DNA of 60,027 nucleotides, counting the filler. It is 4 parts of 4 records of this genome, joined end to end, with 100 filler letters (N's around TTAATTAATTAA, not from the genome) between each part and the next. Parts side by side here need not be neighbours in the genome. Positions count along the whole stretch, not along the records: positions 1 to 19,343 come from SRR31156797_6619; 3 more parts are not named here. One strand, given 5' to 3'. This document shows, piece by piece, positions 9,336 through 17,902 of this stretch (its first letter is position 1; every line of letters begins with the position of its first letter). Under the pieces are notes generated by a model. That model saw only the letters and a program-made list of their open reading frames with translations, made no database searches and had not been told where the DNA came from. The position numbers were made by a program, and so were the translations under genes.

Positions 9336-11720
9336 TCACATTTTGAACCTGGCCGATAATCTGGTGCTGAAGGTAACAAAACTAACCACGGTTACGGAAC
9401 TAAGGGGCATCAAAATAGCAGCTATAATGGGTGATAATAAACCCTGAACAGCAAACGTGAGGCCAATTATATTGTACAATATGGAAATGCCGTAGCTGGC
9501 TTTTACAATACTCAATGATGATTTGGAAAACCTGATATATTCCCGCAATTTCGCAAACCTGCCTGCCTCCAGAATGGCATCACAGGCAGGTGAAAACTGG
9601 TACACATCATCAGCAATGGAAATACCCACATCGCTTTCGTTCAGCGCACCGGCATCATTGAGGCCATCACCGATCATTAAAACTTTTTTACCTTTTTCTT
9701 TCAGCGATTTAATATATTGTAGTTTATCCTGGGGTGACTGGTTGAAATGCAGATTAACATCGCTACCGAACATTTTGGTCAATCGTGTTTTTTCTGCTTC
9801 ATTATCTCCTGAAATCAAATGCAGCCCCATAGTTTGTTTTAAGAACCCAATGATCTCCTGCATCCCTTCACGGTATTTGCTTTTCACCTCAAAACAGGCT
9901 TTAAATTCCCCATCAATCGAAACATAAACCTCGGAGGCGAACACCTCATCCTGTTGATCACTTCCGGTAACAAAAGCAGAGGAACCCAGTTTTACATGCA
10001 ATCCGTCCACAATACCTTTAACGCCTGCAGAAGGAATCTCCATGTAATCCTGCACCTCATCGATGTGATCAACTTCCAAAAAATCGAAAACCGCCGCACT
10101 CAAAGTGTGGGCCGACTGCCGTGCAAGGGATTTAACAGCAATGACTTCATCAGCAGAAAGTGAACTCTCTTTGAGGGTGACTTCTTTGCTCCTGTTATAA
10201 GTTATGGTTCCAGTTTTATCAAAAACCACCGTATCTACTTTTGTCAACCGTTCAACCACGTCAGTATTTTTCAGATAGAACCCTTTGTGCCCCAGCAATC
10301 GCATGGCAGTTCCAAATGAAAATGGCATTGAAAGTGCGATAGCGCATGGACATGCCACGATTAACACGGAGGTAAAGGCAATTAAAGCGATTGATGGATC
10401 TCTAAAATACCAGTAAACAGCTGTACCTGCAGCGATCACCAAAACAGCAATAGTAAAGTTTTTACTCAGCCGGTCGATAAGCGAGGTCATATGCGATACC
10501 GACTTTTCCTTGTTGGTGTTTTGATTCCAAAGCTGCGTGAGCTGGCTTTGAGCTACATCACGCTTTACTTCAATTTCAATAGCCTGCCCGATTTGCTTGC
10601 CACCTGCAAAAACGAAATCCCCCTCATGTTTGGCAACCGGAATCGATTCACCAGAAACAAAAGAGTAATCGATATTCCCAAAGCCTTTGAGGATTTTCCC
10701 ATCTGTGGGGATTAATTCCTGGTTGCGAATTAAGATGCGGTCACCGGCTATAACATCTTTCAAGGGTGTACTCAACTCTCCGTTTGCCGTAATTTTTGTA
10801 ACGGCAACCGGAAAATAGGACTTGTAATCCCGGTCGAAGGACAGCGACTTATAGGTTTTATCCTGGTACCATTTACCAATCAAAAGGAAAAATATAAATC
10901 CGGCAAAAGAATCCAGGTAACCCGGCCCGGTGTTGCTGAATATCTCAAAATAACTTTGAGTTATCAATGCAAGAATACCAATGCTGATGGGCAGGTCGAT
11001 ATTAACAACATTGTGTTTCAGGTTTTTGAATGCAGACAAAAAATAATCGCGGCTGCTGAAAAACAAAACCGGCAAGGAGAGCACCACATTTATCAGGCTA
11101 AAAAACTCCTTGAAATCATCACCCAGTTCCTGCCTGAAATTCATGTATTCAGGAAAACTAAAAAGCATAATATTTCCGAATGCAAAACCTGCAACGCCAA
11201 TTTTTGCCAGCAGTGTTTTATTTGTGGCAGGCTTTTTTTTCCTACCAAGGCTGTCTAATGTTATCTGAGGAATGTAATGTATAGAGGCCAGTAATTCAAC
11301 CAGCTGACGCAAACTGAGTTCATTCGAATCAAAAGTTACAGATACCTCTTTTTTGGTGAAATTAACCAGCGAATTTTTTACGCCCGGGTGAAGGATGTGC
11401 AGGTTTTCAAGGAGCCAAATACAAGAGCTACAGTGTATGGATGGAATAAAAAGTGTTACCTTATTGACATTGCCCTCGGCAAAATCGAGCAGCTTTTCCC
11501 TGATCTCTTCATTGTCGAGATAAGCATATTTTGTTCCAAATTCCTGCTTATCCATGCGCACACCGGGTGTGTCGACAATGGTGTAATATTTATTGAGTTT
11601 CTTCTTGTTCAGGATTTGATACACCGACTTACAGCCATGACAGCAGAAGTTTTTCTCGTCCCACACCACCGGATACTTTCCGCAATCATCTCCACAGTGC
11701 ACACACTTTTCAGTTGACAT
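9336..11720 (-). CDS. ccoI: copper-translocating P1B ATPase CcoI/FixI
   Basis: CVHCG/FCCHGC N-terminus, HCSSC metal-binding domain, CPC, DKTGT, GDGLND. Confidence 0.95.
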   Translation of the reverse strand: MSTEKCVHCGDDCGKYPVVWDEKNFCCHGCKSVYQILNKKKLNKYYTIVDTPGVRMDKQEFGTKYAYLDNEEIREKLLDFAEGNVNKVTLFIPSIHCSSCIWLLENLHILHPGVKNSLVNFTKKEVSVTFDSNELSLRQLVELLASIHYIPQITLDSLGRKKKPATNKTLLAKIGVAGFAFGNIMLFSFPEYMNFRQELGDDFKEFFSLINVVLSLPVLFFSSRDYFLSAFKNLKHNVVNIDLPISIGILALITQSYFEIFSNTGPGYLDSFAGFIFFLLIGKWYQDKTYKSLSFDRDYKSYFPVAVTKITANGELSTPLKDVIAGDRILIRNQELIPTDGKILKGFGNIDYSFVSGESIPVAKHEGDFVFAGGKQIGQAIEIEVKRDVAQSQLTQLWNQNTNKEKSVSHMTSLIDRLSKNFTIAVLVIAAGTAVYWYFRDPSIALIAFTSVLIVACPCAIALSMPFSFGTAMRLLGHKGFYLKNTDVVERLTKVDTVVFDKTGTITYNRSKEVTLKESSLSADEVIAVKSLARQSAHTLSAAVFDFLEVDHIDEVQDYMEIPSAGVKGIVDGLHVKLGSSAFVTGSDQQDEVFASEVYVSIDGEFKACFEVKSKYREGMQEIIGFLKQTMGLHLISGDNEAEKTRLTKMFGSDVNLHFNQSPQDKLQYIKSLKEKGKKVLMIGDGLNDAGALNESDVGISIADDVYQFSPACDAILEAGRFAKLREYIRFSKSSLSIVKASYGISILYNIIGLTFAVQGLLSPIIAAILMPLSSVTVVSFVTFSTRLSARFKM

Positions 11721-11798
11721 CCATTAAAAATTTGTCTGCAAAGAAAACGAAAATCAAATTGTAAAACCTGCCTGATCCAAAATTCCATGTAGCAATTA

Positions 11799-11812
11799 TG
11801 AACATATGTTCA
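11799..11812. promoter_or_regulatory. perfect 14-bp palindrome in the divergent promoter region (candidate operator)
   Basis: TGAACATATGTTCA. Confidence 0.45.
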
Positions 11813-11843
11813 ATAAATCGGACGCAATCAATCACACATAAAA

Positions 11844-11857
11844 CTGATATTTATCAA
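11844..11857. promoter_or_regulatory. Crp/Fnr-type box
   Basis: CTGAT-ATTT-ATCAA, 9/10 match to TTGAT-N4-ATCAA, between the divergent cco and cyd operons. Confidence 0.55.
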
Positions 11858-12101
11858 CCATGACAATGTTATCAAACAGTACCAGCTAAAATGCCACAGT
11901 ACCCATAATTTTTAAAACAATCCAAATAAATACATAATATGCTGTTTATTAATATGTTTATCGAAATTAATTATATCGAATATTTTACATGTCAATAAAT
12001 TCAAGAGTTTCCAGCAAATTAACTGTGTATTTTTTTCTACATTTACAGGGTGAATAATCACAAATTATTTCAAAAACACAAGTACAAAAAAGTCACAGAT
12101 C

Positions 12102-12443
12102 ATGAAAAAACTCATTTACATTTTTTTAATTTTGATTGTCGCATATGCCTGTGGTTCGCAAGGCAACAATAACACAAATGAAACCAAAGCCCAGGTTGAA
12201 ACCATTGATCCTGCCAACCTCGAAACCATCGAAATTGCAGTTTATGGAATGACCTGTGGTGGCTGCGAAAAAACCGTACAAACTGCCGTAGGAAACCTGC
12301 CGGGCGTTCAGGAGGTTAAGGCGACTCACACTGACTCGGTGGCAGTGATAACATTCGATAAAACAAAATCAGGGTTTGAAAAAATGAAAGCCGCCATTGA
12401 AGGCAAAGGTTACGAGGCTACTGAATTTAAGGTAGTTGAATAG
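12102..12443 (+). CDS. HMA-domain (CopZ-like) lipoprotein
   Basis: lipobox AYAC, GMTCGGC metal-binding motif. Confidence 0.88.
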   Translation: MKKLIYIFLILIVAYACGSQGNNNTNETKAQVETIDPANLETIEIAVYGMTCGGCEKTVQTAVGNLPGVQEVKATHTDSVAVITFDKTKSGFEKMKAAIEGKGYEATEFKVVE

Positions 12444-12467
12444 TCATATTTAATCAAAACAAACAAA

Positions 12468-12923
12468 ATGAAAATGAAATACTTAGTGATGTTCCTGTTT
12501 GTAGTAGCCGTTTTTGTGGGCTGCAACCAAACTGTTGAAGAAGAAAAGGAGGTCATTAACAAAATCGAAAATGTGAAGGATGGCATGTTCATCCATGTAA
12601 CCAGCAATGATCCGCACCGGGTGCTGATGGCCATGAACATGGCTGATATGGTTTCTGAGGATCACGATGTGGTGATGTATTTTGATATTGATGGCGTAAA
12701 TGTGCTGGTCAAGAATGCCGAAAAACTGGAGTATGCCCACTTTCCTGATTCATTTACACTCATCAAAAAACTAAAAGATAAAGGCATCAAAATCATGGCA
12801 TGCCCGGGATGTTTAAAAGCTGCCGGTTATACTCCTGAAGATTTGATGGCAGGAATTGATGTTGCGGATAAGGAATCATTTTTCAACTTCACAAAAGGCC
12901 GGATTCTAACATTGGATTATTAG
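12468..12923 (+). CDS. DsrE/DsrF-like family lipoprotein
   Basis: lipobox FVGC; V.MYFDIDGV and IMACPGCL motifs. Confidence 0.75.
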   Translation: MKMKYLVMFLFVVAVFVGCNQTVEEEKEVINKIENVKDGMFIHVTSNDPHRVLMAMNMADMVSEDHDVVMYFDIDGVNVLVKNAEKLEYAHFPDSFTLIKKLKDKGIKIMACPGCLKAAGYTPEDLMAGIDVADKESFFNFTKGRILTLDY

Positions 12924-12931
12924 ACAAAACC

Positions 12932-13201
12932 ATGATTTCAGGAATACCGGAAAACAATTTGAGTCAGAAGAAAAACATATTCGCGAGGGTCTTCAATTTC
13001 TATTACAAAGGTTTCAAAACCATGACATGGGGCAGGCAGATATGGATTCTTATCCTTATTAAGCTTTTCATCATGTTTGCCGTTTTGAAACTTTTTTTCT
13101 TCCCGGATTTCCTGAAAACCAATTTCGAATCAGACCAGGAACGTAGTGATTATGTGCTGGAACAACTCACTTCAACACCAGCCGGTGATGAATCAGAATG
13201 A
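12932..13201 (+). CDS. DUF4492 family small membrane protein
   Basis: FYYKGFKTMTWGRQIWILILIKLFIMFAVLKLFFFP; precedes cydA as in Bacteroidota. Confidence 0.85.
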   Translation: MISGIPENNLSQKKNIFARVFNFYYKGFKTMTWGRQIWILILIKLFIMFAVLKLFFFPDFLKTNFESDQERSDYVLEQLTSTPAGDESE

Positions 13202-13250
13202 AAAAACAAAGATCTCTCAAAACAACAATTAATTACAAAATCAGATACGT

Positions 13251-14834
13251 ATGGAAAATTTCGACATGACGCTGATCGATTGGTCGCGGGGGCAATTTGC
13301 CTTAACTGCCATGTTCCACTGGATATTCGTCCCTCTCACGCTGGGATTGACTTTCATTGTGGCCATCATGGAATCGATCTATGTGAAAACCGGTGATGAA
13401 AAATGGAAAAAGATCACCAAATTCTGGGCAAAACTATTCGGCATCAACTTTGCCATTGGCGTTGCCACCGGAATTATTCTCGAATTTGAATTCGGCACAA
13501 ACTGGTCAAACTACTCCTGGTTTGTGGGCGACATATTTGGTGCACCACTCGCCATCGAAGGAATTATGGCCTTCTTCATGGAATCCACTTTTATTGCAGT
13601 GATGTTTTTTGGCTGGAATAAAGTGAGTAAAAAATTCCATCTCACCTCAACATGGCTGGTTGCCATCGGCGCAAACCTCTCGGCGCTGTGGATTCTTGTT
13701 GCCAATGCCTGGATGCAGGATCCGGTTGGAATGCAGTTTAACCCGGACACAGCCCGAAATGAAATGGTAAATTTCTGGGCCATATTGTTCTCGCCAACAG
13801 CCATCAACAAATTCCTGCATACTGTAGCATCAGGCTATGTGCTGTCGGCCGTCTTTGTGATCGGTATTGCTTCCTGGTTTTTGCTCAAAAAACGCGACAC
13901 GCTCTTTGCCAAAAAAAGCATTTTGGTAGCCTCAGTTTTCGGGCTGGTTACGGCCATTTTCCTGATCTGGACCGGTGACGAATCAGCGAGGCAGGTTGCC
14001 CGGGTTCAGCCTATGAAGTTTGCTTCGATGGAAGGCATGTGGGAGGGGCAAACCAACGCTCCGCTTGTGGCGGCTGGTTTCTTTGAACATCAAATCACGC
14101 CCACCGAAGAAAACAACTACAAGGAGAGGGATTTCCTCTTTAAAATTGAAGTACCCAACATGCTTTCGCTGATGGCGTTTCTGGATGCCAACGCCTACAT
14201 TCCGGGGATTAAAGACCTTGTAAACGGATACACCGATCCAAACTCCGGCGACAAGCATCTGTCCTATTTCGACAAGATCAAGCGCGGCCGCGAAGCCATT
14301 ACCACACTTAAAAATTATAAGGAAGCAGTTGACAATAAAGATGAAGCTGCCATTGCACTTAACAAAGCCAAATTTGAGGATAAAGAATGGATGGACAACA
14401 CATTCAGGTACTTTGGATTTGGATATTATAACCATGAAAATTTTTCCGGGCTCATCCCGAATGTACCGCTATCTTTTTACTCCTTCCACCTGATGGTTGC
14501 CCTTGGTGGCCATTTTCTGGCACTTTTTATCGTCATGCTGATCTTCTCACTTAAAAACAAGCTGCAAAAGATGAAATGGCTGCTCTATGTAGGCATCTGG
14601 ACCATTCCACTGGTTTACATTGCCAGCCAGGCAGGCTGGGTTTTGGCCGAACTGGGGCGTCAGCCATGGGTCATTCAGGATCTCATGCCCACCCTTGCAG
14701 CAGTTTCGCGCATTGATGCCACCAGTGTTCAAATCACTTTTTGGCTGTTTGCGGTAACCTTTACCACACTGCTGATTGCTGAAATCAAAATCATGCTTAC
14801 ACAAATTAAAAAAGGAATGACAGGAGGACACTAA
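13251..14834 (+). CDS. cydA: cytochrome bd ubiquinol oxidase subunit I
   Basis: SRGQFALTAMFH, GVATGI..EFEFGTNWS, QPMKFASMEG, ELGRQPW. Confidence 0.97.
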   Translation: MENFDMTLIDWSRGQFALTAMFHWIFVPLTLGLTFIVAIMESIYVKTGDEKWKKITKFWAKLFGINFAIGVATGIILEFEFGTNWSNYSWFVGDIFGAPLAIEGIMAFFMESTFIAVMFFGWNKVSKKFHLTSTWLVAIGANLSALWILVANAWMQDPVGMQFNPDTARNEMVNFWAILFSPTAINKFLHTVASGYVLSAVFVIGIASWFLLKKRDTLFAKKSILVASVFGLVTAIFLIWTGDESARQVARVQPMKFASMEGMWEGQTNAPLVAAGFFEHQITPTEENNYKERDFLFKIEVPNMLSLMAFLDANAYIPGIKDLVNGYTDPNSGDKHLSYFDKIKRGREAITTLKNYKEAVDNKDEAAIALNKAKFEDKEWMDNTFRYFGFGYYNHENFSGLIPNVPLSFYSFHLMVALGGHFLALFIVMLIFSLKNKLQKMKWLLYVGIWTIPLVYIASQAGWVLAELGRQPWVIQDLMPTLAAVSRIDATSVQITFWLFAVTFTTLLIAEIKIMLTQIKKGMTGGH

Positions 14835-14835
14835 T

Positions 14836-16017
14836 ATGTTTGAAACACTATCACATTTAGCATTGCAACAATACTGGTGGGTAATCGTATCGCTCCTCGC
14901 CAGCCTGCTGGTGTTCCTGTTTTTTGTGCAGGGCGGGCAGACCATGATCTACAGCCTTGGCAAAACGGATACCGAAAAGAAAATGATCGTTAACTCCCTT
15001 GGCAGAAAATGGGAATTCACCTTTACTACACTGGTAACTTTTGGCGGTGCGTTTTTTGCCAGCTTTCCGCTGTTCTATTCTACCAGTTTTGGTGGTGCCT
15101 ACTGGGTTTGGATGTTGATTCTTTTTGCATTTGTGATCCAGGCTGTAGCCTACGAATACCGGACAAAACCCAACAACTTTCTGGGCACCAAAACTTATGA
15201 GATATTCCTGATCATCAATGGTGCGGTGGGAACTATTTTAGTTGGCGCAGCAGTGGGAACATTCTTTAGCGGATCAGAATTCTCGGTAAACAAGCTCAAC
15301 CTGACCAATATTTTCGGAACCGGATCCACTACCATTTCGGCTTGGGAAGGGCCGGCTCACGGTCTGGAAGCAGCGCTGAACATTCAGAATTTATCCCTTG
15401 GACTGGCCATATTTTTCCTGGCCCGCATTCTTGGCATCCTCTATCTGAAGAATGATATCGATGATGACAACATTCAGTCGAGAATAAACAAGCAACTGAT
15501 ATACAATGCAGTGCCTTTCCTTGTATTCTTCCTCACATTTACAGGCATACTGCTTACACAAAGTGGATTTGCTGTGGTTCCGGAAACAGGAGTTGATCCG
15601 TTGTTGTGGAAAGTCCAGATGGAGCCGTACAAGTATTTGAATAACTTCCTTGCGATGCCGATCGTGTTGATCATGTTTCTACTGGGTGTTGTGATGGTAC
15701 TTTGGAGCATTTTCGGGACGCTTCTTGGCAAATGCACAAAAGGTATCTGGGCCGGAGGCCTCGGTACAGTGCTGGTAGTGATGTCGGTATTTTTGGTTGC
15801 GGGGTTCAACAACACAGCCTATTATCCGTCTACATTTGACCTGAACAGTTCGCTCACCATCATGAACAGCTCATCCAGCAAATTTACACTAACAGCCATG
15901 AGCTATGTTTCGTTGATGGTTCCTTTCGTTTTCGCATACATCATCTATGCCTGGAGGTCGATTAACAACAAACGCATTACTGCCGAAGAAATGCAGGAAG
16001 AAGGACATGCTTATTAA
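14836..16017 (+). CDS. cydB: cytochrome bd ubiquinol oxidase subunit II
   Basis: GRKWEFTFTTLVTFGGAFFASFP, SLTIMNSSSS; directly follows cydA. Confidence 0.95.
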   Translation: MFETLSHLALQQYWWVIVSLLASLLVFLFFVQGGQTMIYSLGKTDTEKKMIVNSLGRKWEFTFTTLVTFGGAFFASFPLFYSTSFGGAYWVWMLILFAFVIQAVAYEYRTKPNNFLGTKTYEIFLIINGAVGTILVGAAVGTFFSGSEFSVNKLNLTNIFGTGSTTISAWEGPAHGLEAALNIQNLSLGLAIFFLARILGILYLKNDIDDDNIQSRINKQLIYNAVPFLVFFLTFTGILLTQSGFAVVPETGVDPLLWKVQMEPYKYLNNFLAMPIVLIMFLLGVVMVLWSIFGTLLGKCTKGIWAGGLGTVLVVMSVFLVAGFNNTAYYPSTFDLNSSLTIMNSSSSKFTLTAMSYVSLMVPFVFAYIIYAWRSINNKRITAEEMQEEGHAY

Positions 16018-16052
16018 AAAACAGTAGTTAAAACCATAAAAAATTGAAGATT

Positions 16053-16175
16053 ATGTATTTAACACAAATCATATATTTCCTTACCTGGCCGGCTGTGATA
16101 CTGATCTCATGGTGGCTGGTTAATTACTACCTGAAAAAGCTGGATAATAAACTGGCTGAGGACGGAGAAGAGTAA
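16053..16175 (+). CDS. 40-aa single-TM protein, candidate small subunit of cytochrome bd (CydX/CydS-like)
   Basis: MYLTQIIYFLTWPAVILISWWLVNYYLKKLDNKLAEDGEE between cydB and the terminator; below the ORF-track cutoff. Confidence 0.7.
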   Translation: MYLTQIIYFLTWPAVILISWWLVNYYLKKLDNKLAEDGEE

Positions 16176-16195
16176 CCGGGAAAACTATCCTCACT

Positions 16196-16230
16196 AAAAC
16201 CGGCATTTGCTAATACATCTGCCGGTTTTT
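16196..16230 (+). terminator. intrinsic terminator of the cyd operon
   Basis: AAAACCGGCA...TGCCGGTTTTT stem with T tract. Confidence 0.75.
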
Positions 16231-16288
16231 AATTTGAACAATTGTCGAAAGCTTTTGGTTTTATGAAGGAATTCAAATCAACTAATTT

Positions 16289-17113
16289 ATGAAAACTCAT
16301 ACAATACTATTAGCGTTTTTCCTGGCAGCAAACCTGTCGTTCGGACAGGCTCTGCACAAGGAGCGAACAGCAGACTCACCATCCTCATCCTTTAAAAACA
16401 CAACAGAAATCAGCAATGTCGGCGATTTCACCGTGGTGGACTCGGACGGGATAACCTGGAATCTTTACACACTCCTCGAAGGAGGTACAACTATTATTCT
16501 GGACCTGTTCCAGAGTACGTGAGGCTCGTGCCAGGCATATGCTCCAATTTTAGAAGAAGTATATGTCAACTGGGGAGAAGGTAACGCGGATGTACAAATG
16601 ATCGGCCTCACACCTTACGATACCGATGAAGTAATTAATGAATACAAAGCCCAATTTGGGATAACCAATCCATGTGCAGGCCAGGAAGGCGGATCAGGTG
16701 ATGCTATTGCAACCATTATTGACGGGCAGCCATTTTTCGGGTACCCGACATATTGTGTGATTTGCCCGGATAAGAAGATGAATTTCAATGTGTGCTTCCC
16801 TCCTACTCCCGAATGTTTTGATGATTTCATTTTTGGATGCGGAGCTACATCAAATGAGGAGATTCAGGCCGATACGGAAGTTTCGATCTATCCCAATCCG
16901 GCCGGTAACCTGTTTACGTTGAGTCTTGGGAATGTTCAGCCAGATCGCGTTGAAATCATGGATATGCTGGGAAAAACAGTAAAAACCATCCGCACGGACG
17001 GGCTTAATCAGCACATGGCTATTGGGGTAAACGATCTGAAAAGCGGGTTGTATTTTATCCGGATTACCGACACCAGCGGTCAGATTATCACAAAAAAACT
17101 GACCATCAAATAA
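16289..17113 (+). CDS. candidate selenoprotein: signal peptide + TlpA/thioredoxin-like domain (UxxC) + T9SS type A sorting domain, 274 aa
   Basis: ORFs 16289-16522 and 16598-17113 are in one frame, interrupted only by TGA 16520-16522, giving DLFQST-U-GSCQAYAP; C-terminus SIYPNP...LKSGLYFIRI...TKKLTIK. Confidence 0.82.
16534..16567 (+). promoter_or_regulatory. candidate SECIS-like hairpin
   Basis: GGCATATGCT/AGTATATGTC 10-bp stem (2 G-U pairs), 14-nt loop, starting 11 nt after the UGA. Confidence 0.45.
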
Positions 17114-17136
17114 AATTCATTTCAAATTCAACCCGG

Positions 17137-17172
17137 AAAGCATCATCCTCTGGACAGGGTGATGCTTTTTTT
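17137..17172 (+). terminator. intrinsic terminator
   Basis: AAAGCATCATCCT...AGGGTGATGCTTTTTTT. Confidence 0.8.
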
Positions 17173-17218
17173 GTTTTTATAAAATCGTGATATCCGGCAA
17201 ACTTTTAAAGCCAGCTGC

Positions 17219-17347
17219 CTACAATTTCCTGACTTTTACACTACCTGCCTTTTTGCCGTTCACCTGCACCGAAATAATATAGTACCCGGATGGCAGGTTG
17301 TTTCCATCGTTATTCTTTCCATTCCAGGTAAAATCGAAAGTGCCGGT
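17219..17347 (-). pseudogene. 3' remnant of a FlgD-Ig/T9SS-CTD-type gene
   Basis: minus frame reads TGTFDFTWNGKNNDGNNLPSGYYIISVQVNGKKAGSVKVRKL*; no 5' part. Confidence 0.6.
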
Positions 17348-17707
17348 ACAGCAGCCATGGGATTCCTGGGTGGCGGATTAACCGTTGAAAGAAGTTACTT
17401 TAAAAGCCCGGACGACTGGGACAACTACATCAAGGTTTCCGTGGTTGGAAATTCACCCATGCTGGCCTCGGTTAATATGATGCTTTACAACTCGATGTAC
17501 ATGAGCGCTGCAGGAAGTAAAACCATAAAAATTGGTAACCGTAAAGCAGTGCTAACAGATGAAGGAAACGGTAGCTATAAATTGCAACTACCCTTAACCA
17601 GTTCGTTGGTAACCGTTGATGGGTATGGGTTTCAATCCAGTGATCAGTTTTACAGCAAAGCCAAAAAAGTTCCATTTGAAGAAATTGCAAAAACGCTTGG
17701 AGAATAA
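17345..17707 (+). pseudogene. probable 5'-truncated hypothetical protein
   Basis: coding-like frame ..TAAMGFLGGGLTVERSYF..PFEEIAKTLGE* that begins where the opposite-strand remnant begins; no room for a promoter or N-terminus. Confidence 0.5.
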
Positions 17708-17730
17708 GAAAATCTAAATCCCATTAAAAT

Positions 17731-17767
17731 AAAAAGGTTTGTCGGCTTGCTGACAAGCCTTTTTTTT
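17731..17767 (+). terminator. intrinsic terminator
   Basis: AAAAAGGTTTGTCGG-CTTG-CTGACAAGCCTTTTTTTT. Confidence 0.75.
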
Positions 17768-17870
17768 GTTCCTGAAAATGCTGTCAACAGGCATGATTAT
17801 GAGGTTGTAATAATTTGAAAGTAACAATTTAATAAAAATTTCTTGGTCAGTAATTAAAAACAATTTTACT

Positions 17871-17890
17871 TTGACCGACCGTTCAATCAA
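17871..17890. promoter_or_regulatory. candidate TetR autoregulatory operator
   Basis: imperfect palindrome TTGACCGACCGTTCAATCAA (14/20 self-complementary) 12 nt upstream of the tetR ATG. Confidence 0.5.
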
Positions 17891-17902
17891 AAATATAATT
17901 AC

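Noticed and set aside
16520-16522. UGA read as Trp or Gly (alternative genetic code)
   Set aside because: TGA terminates ccoN, ccoI and DUF4492 on the same contig, TGG is used for Trp throughout, and the column aligns to Cys rather than Trp.
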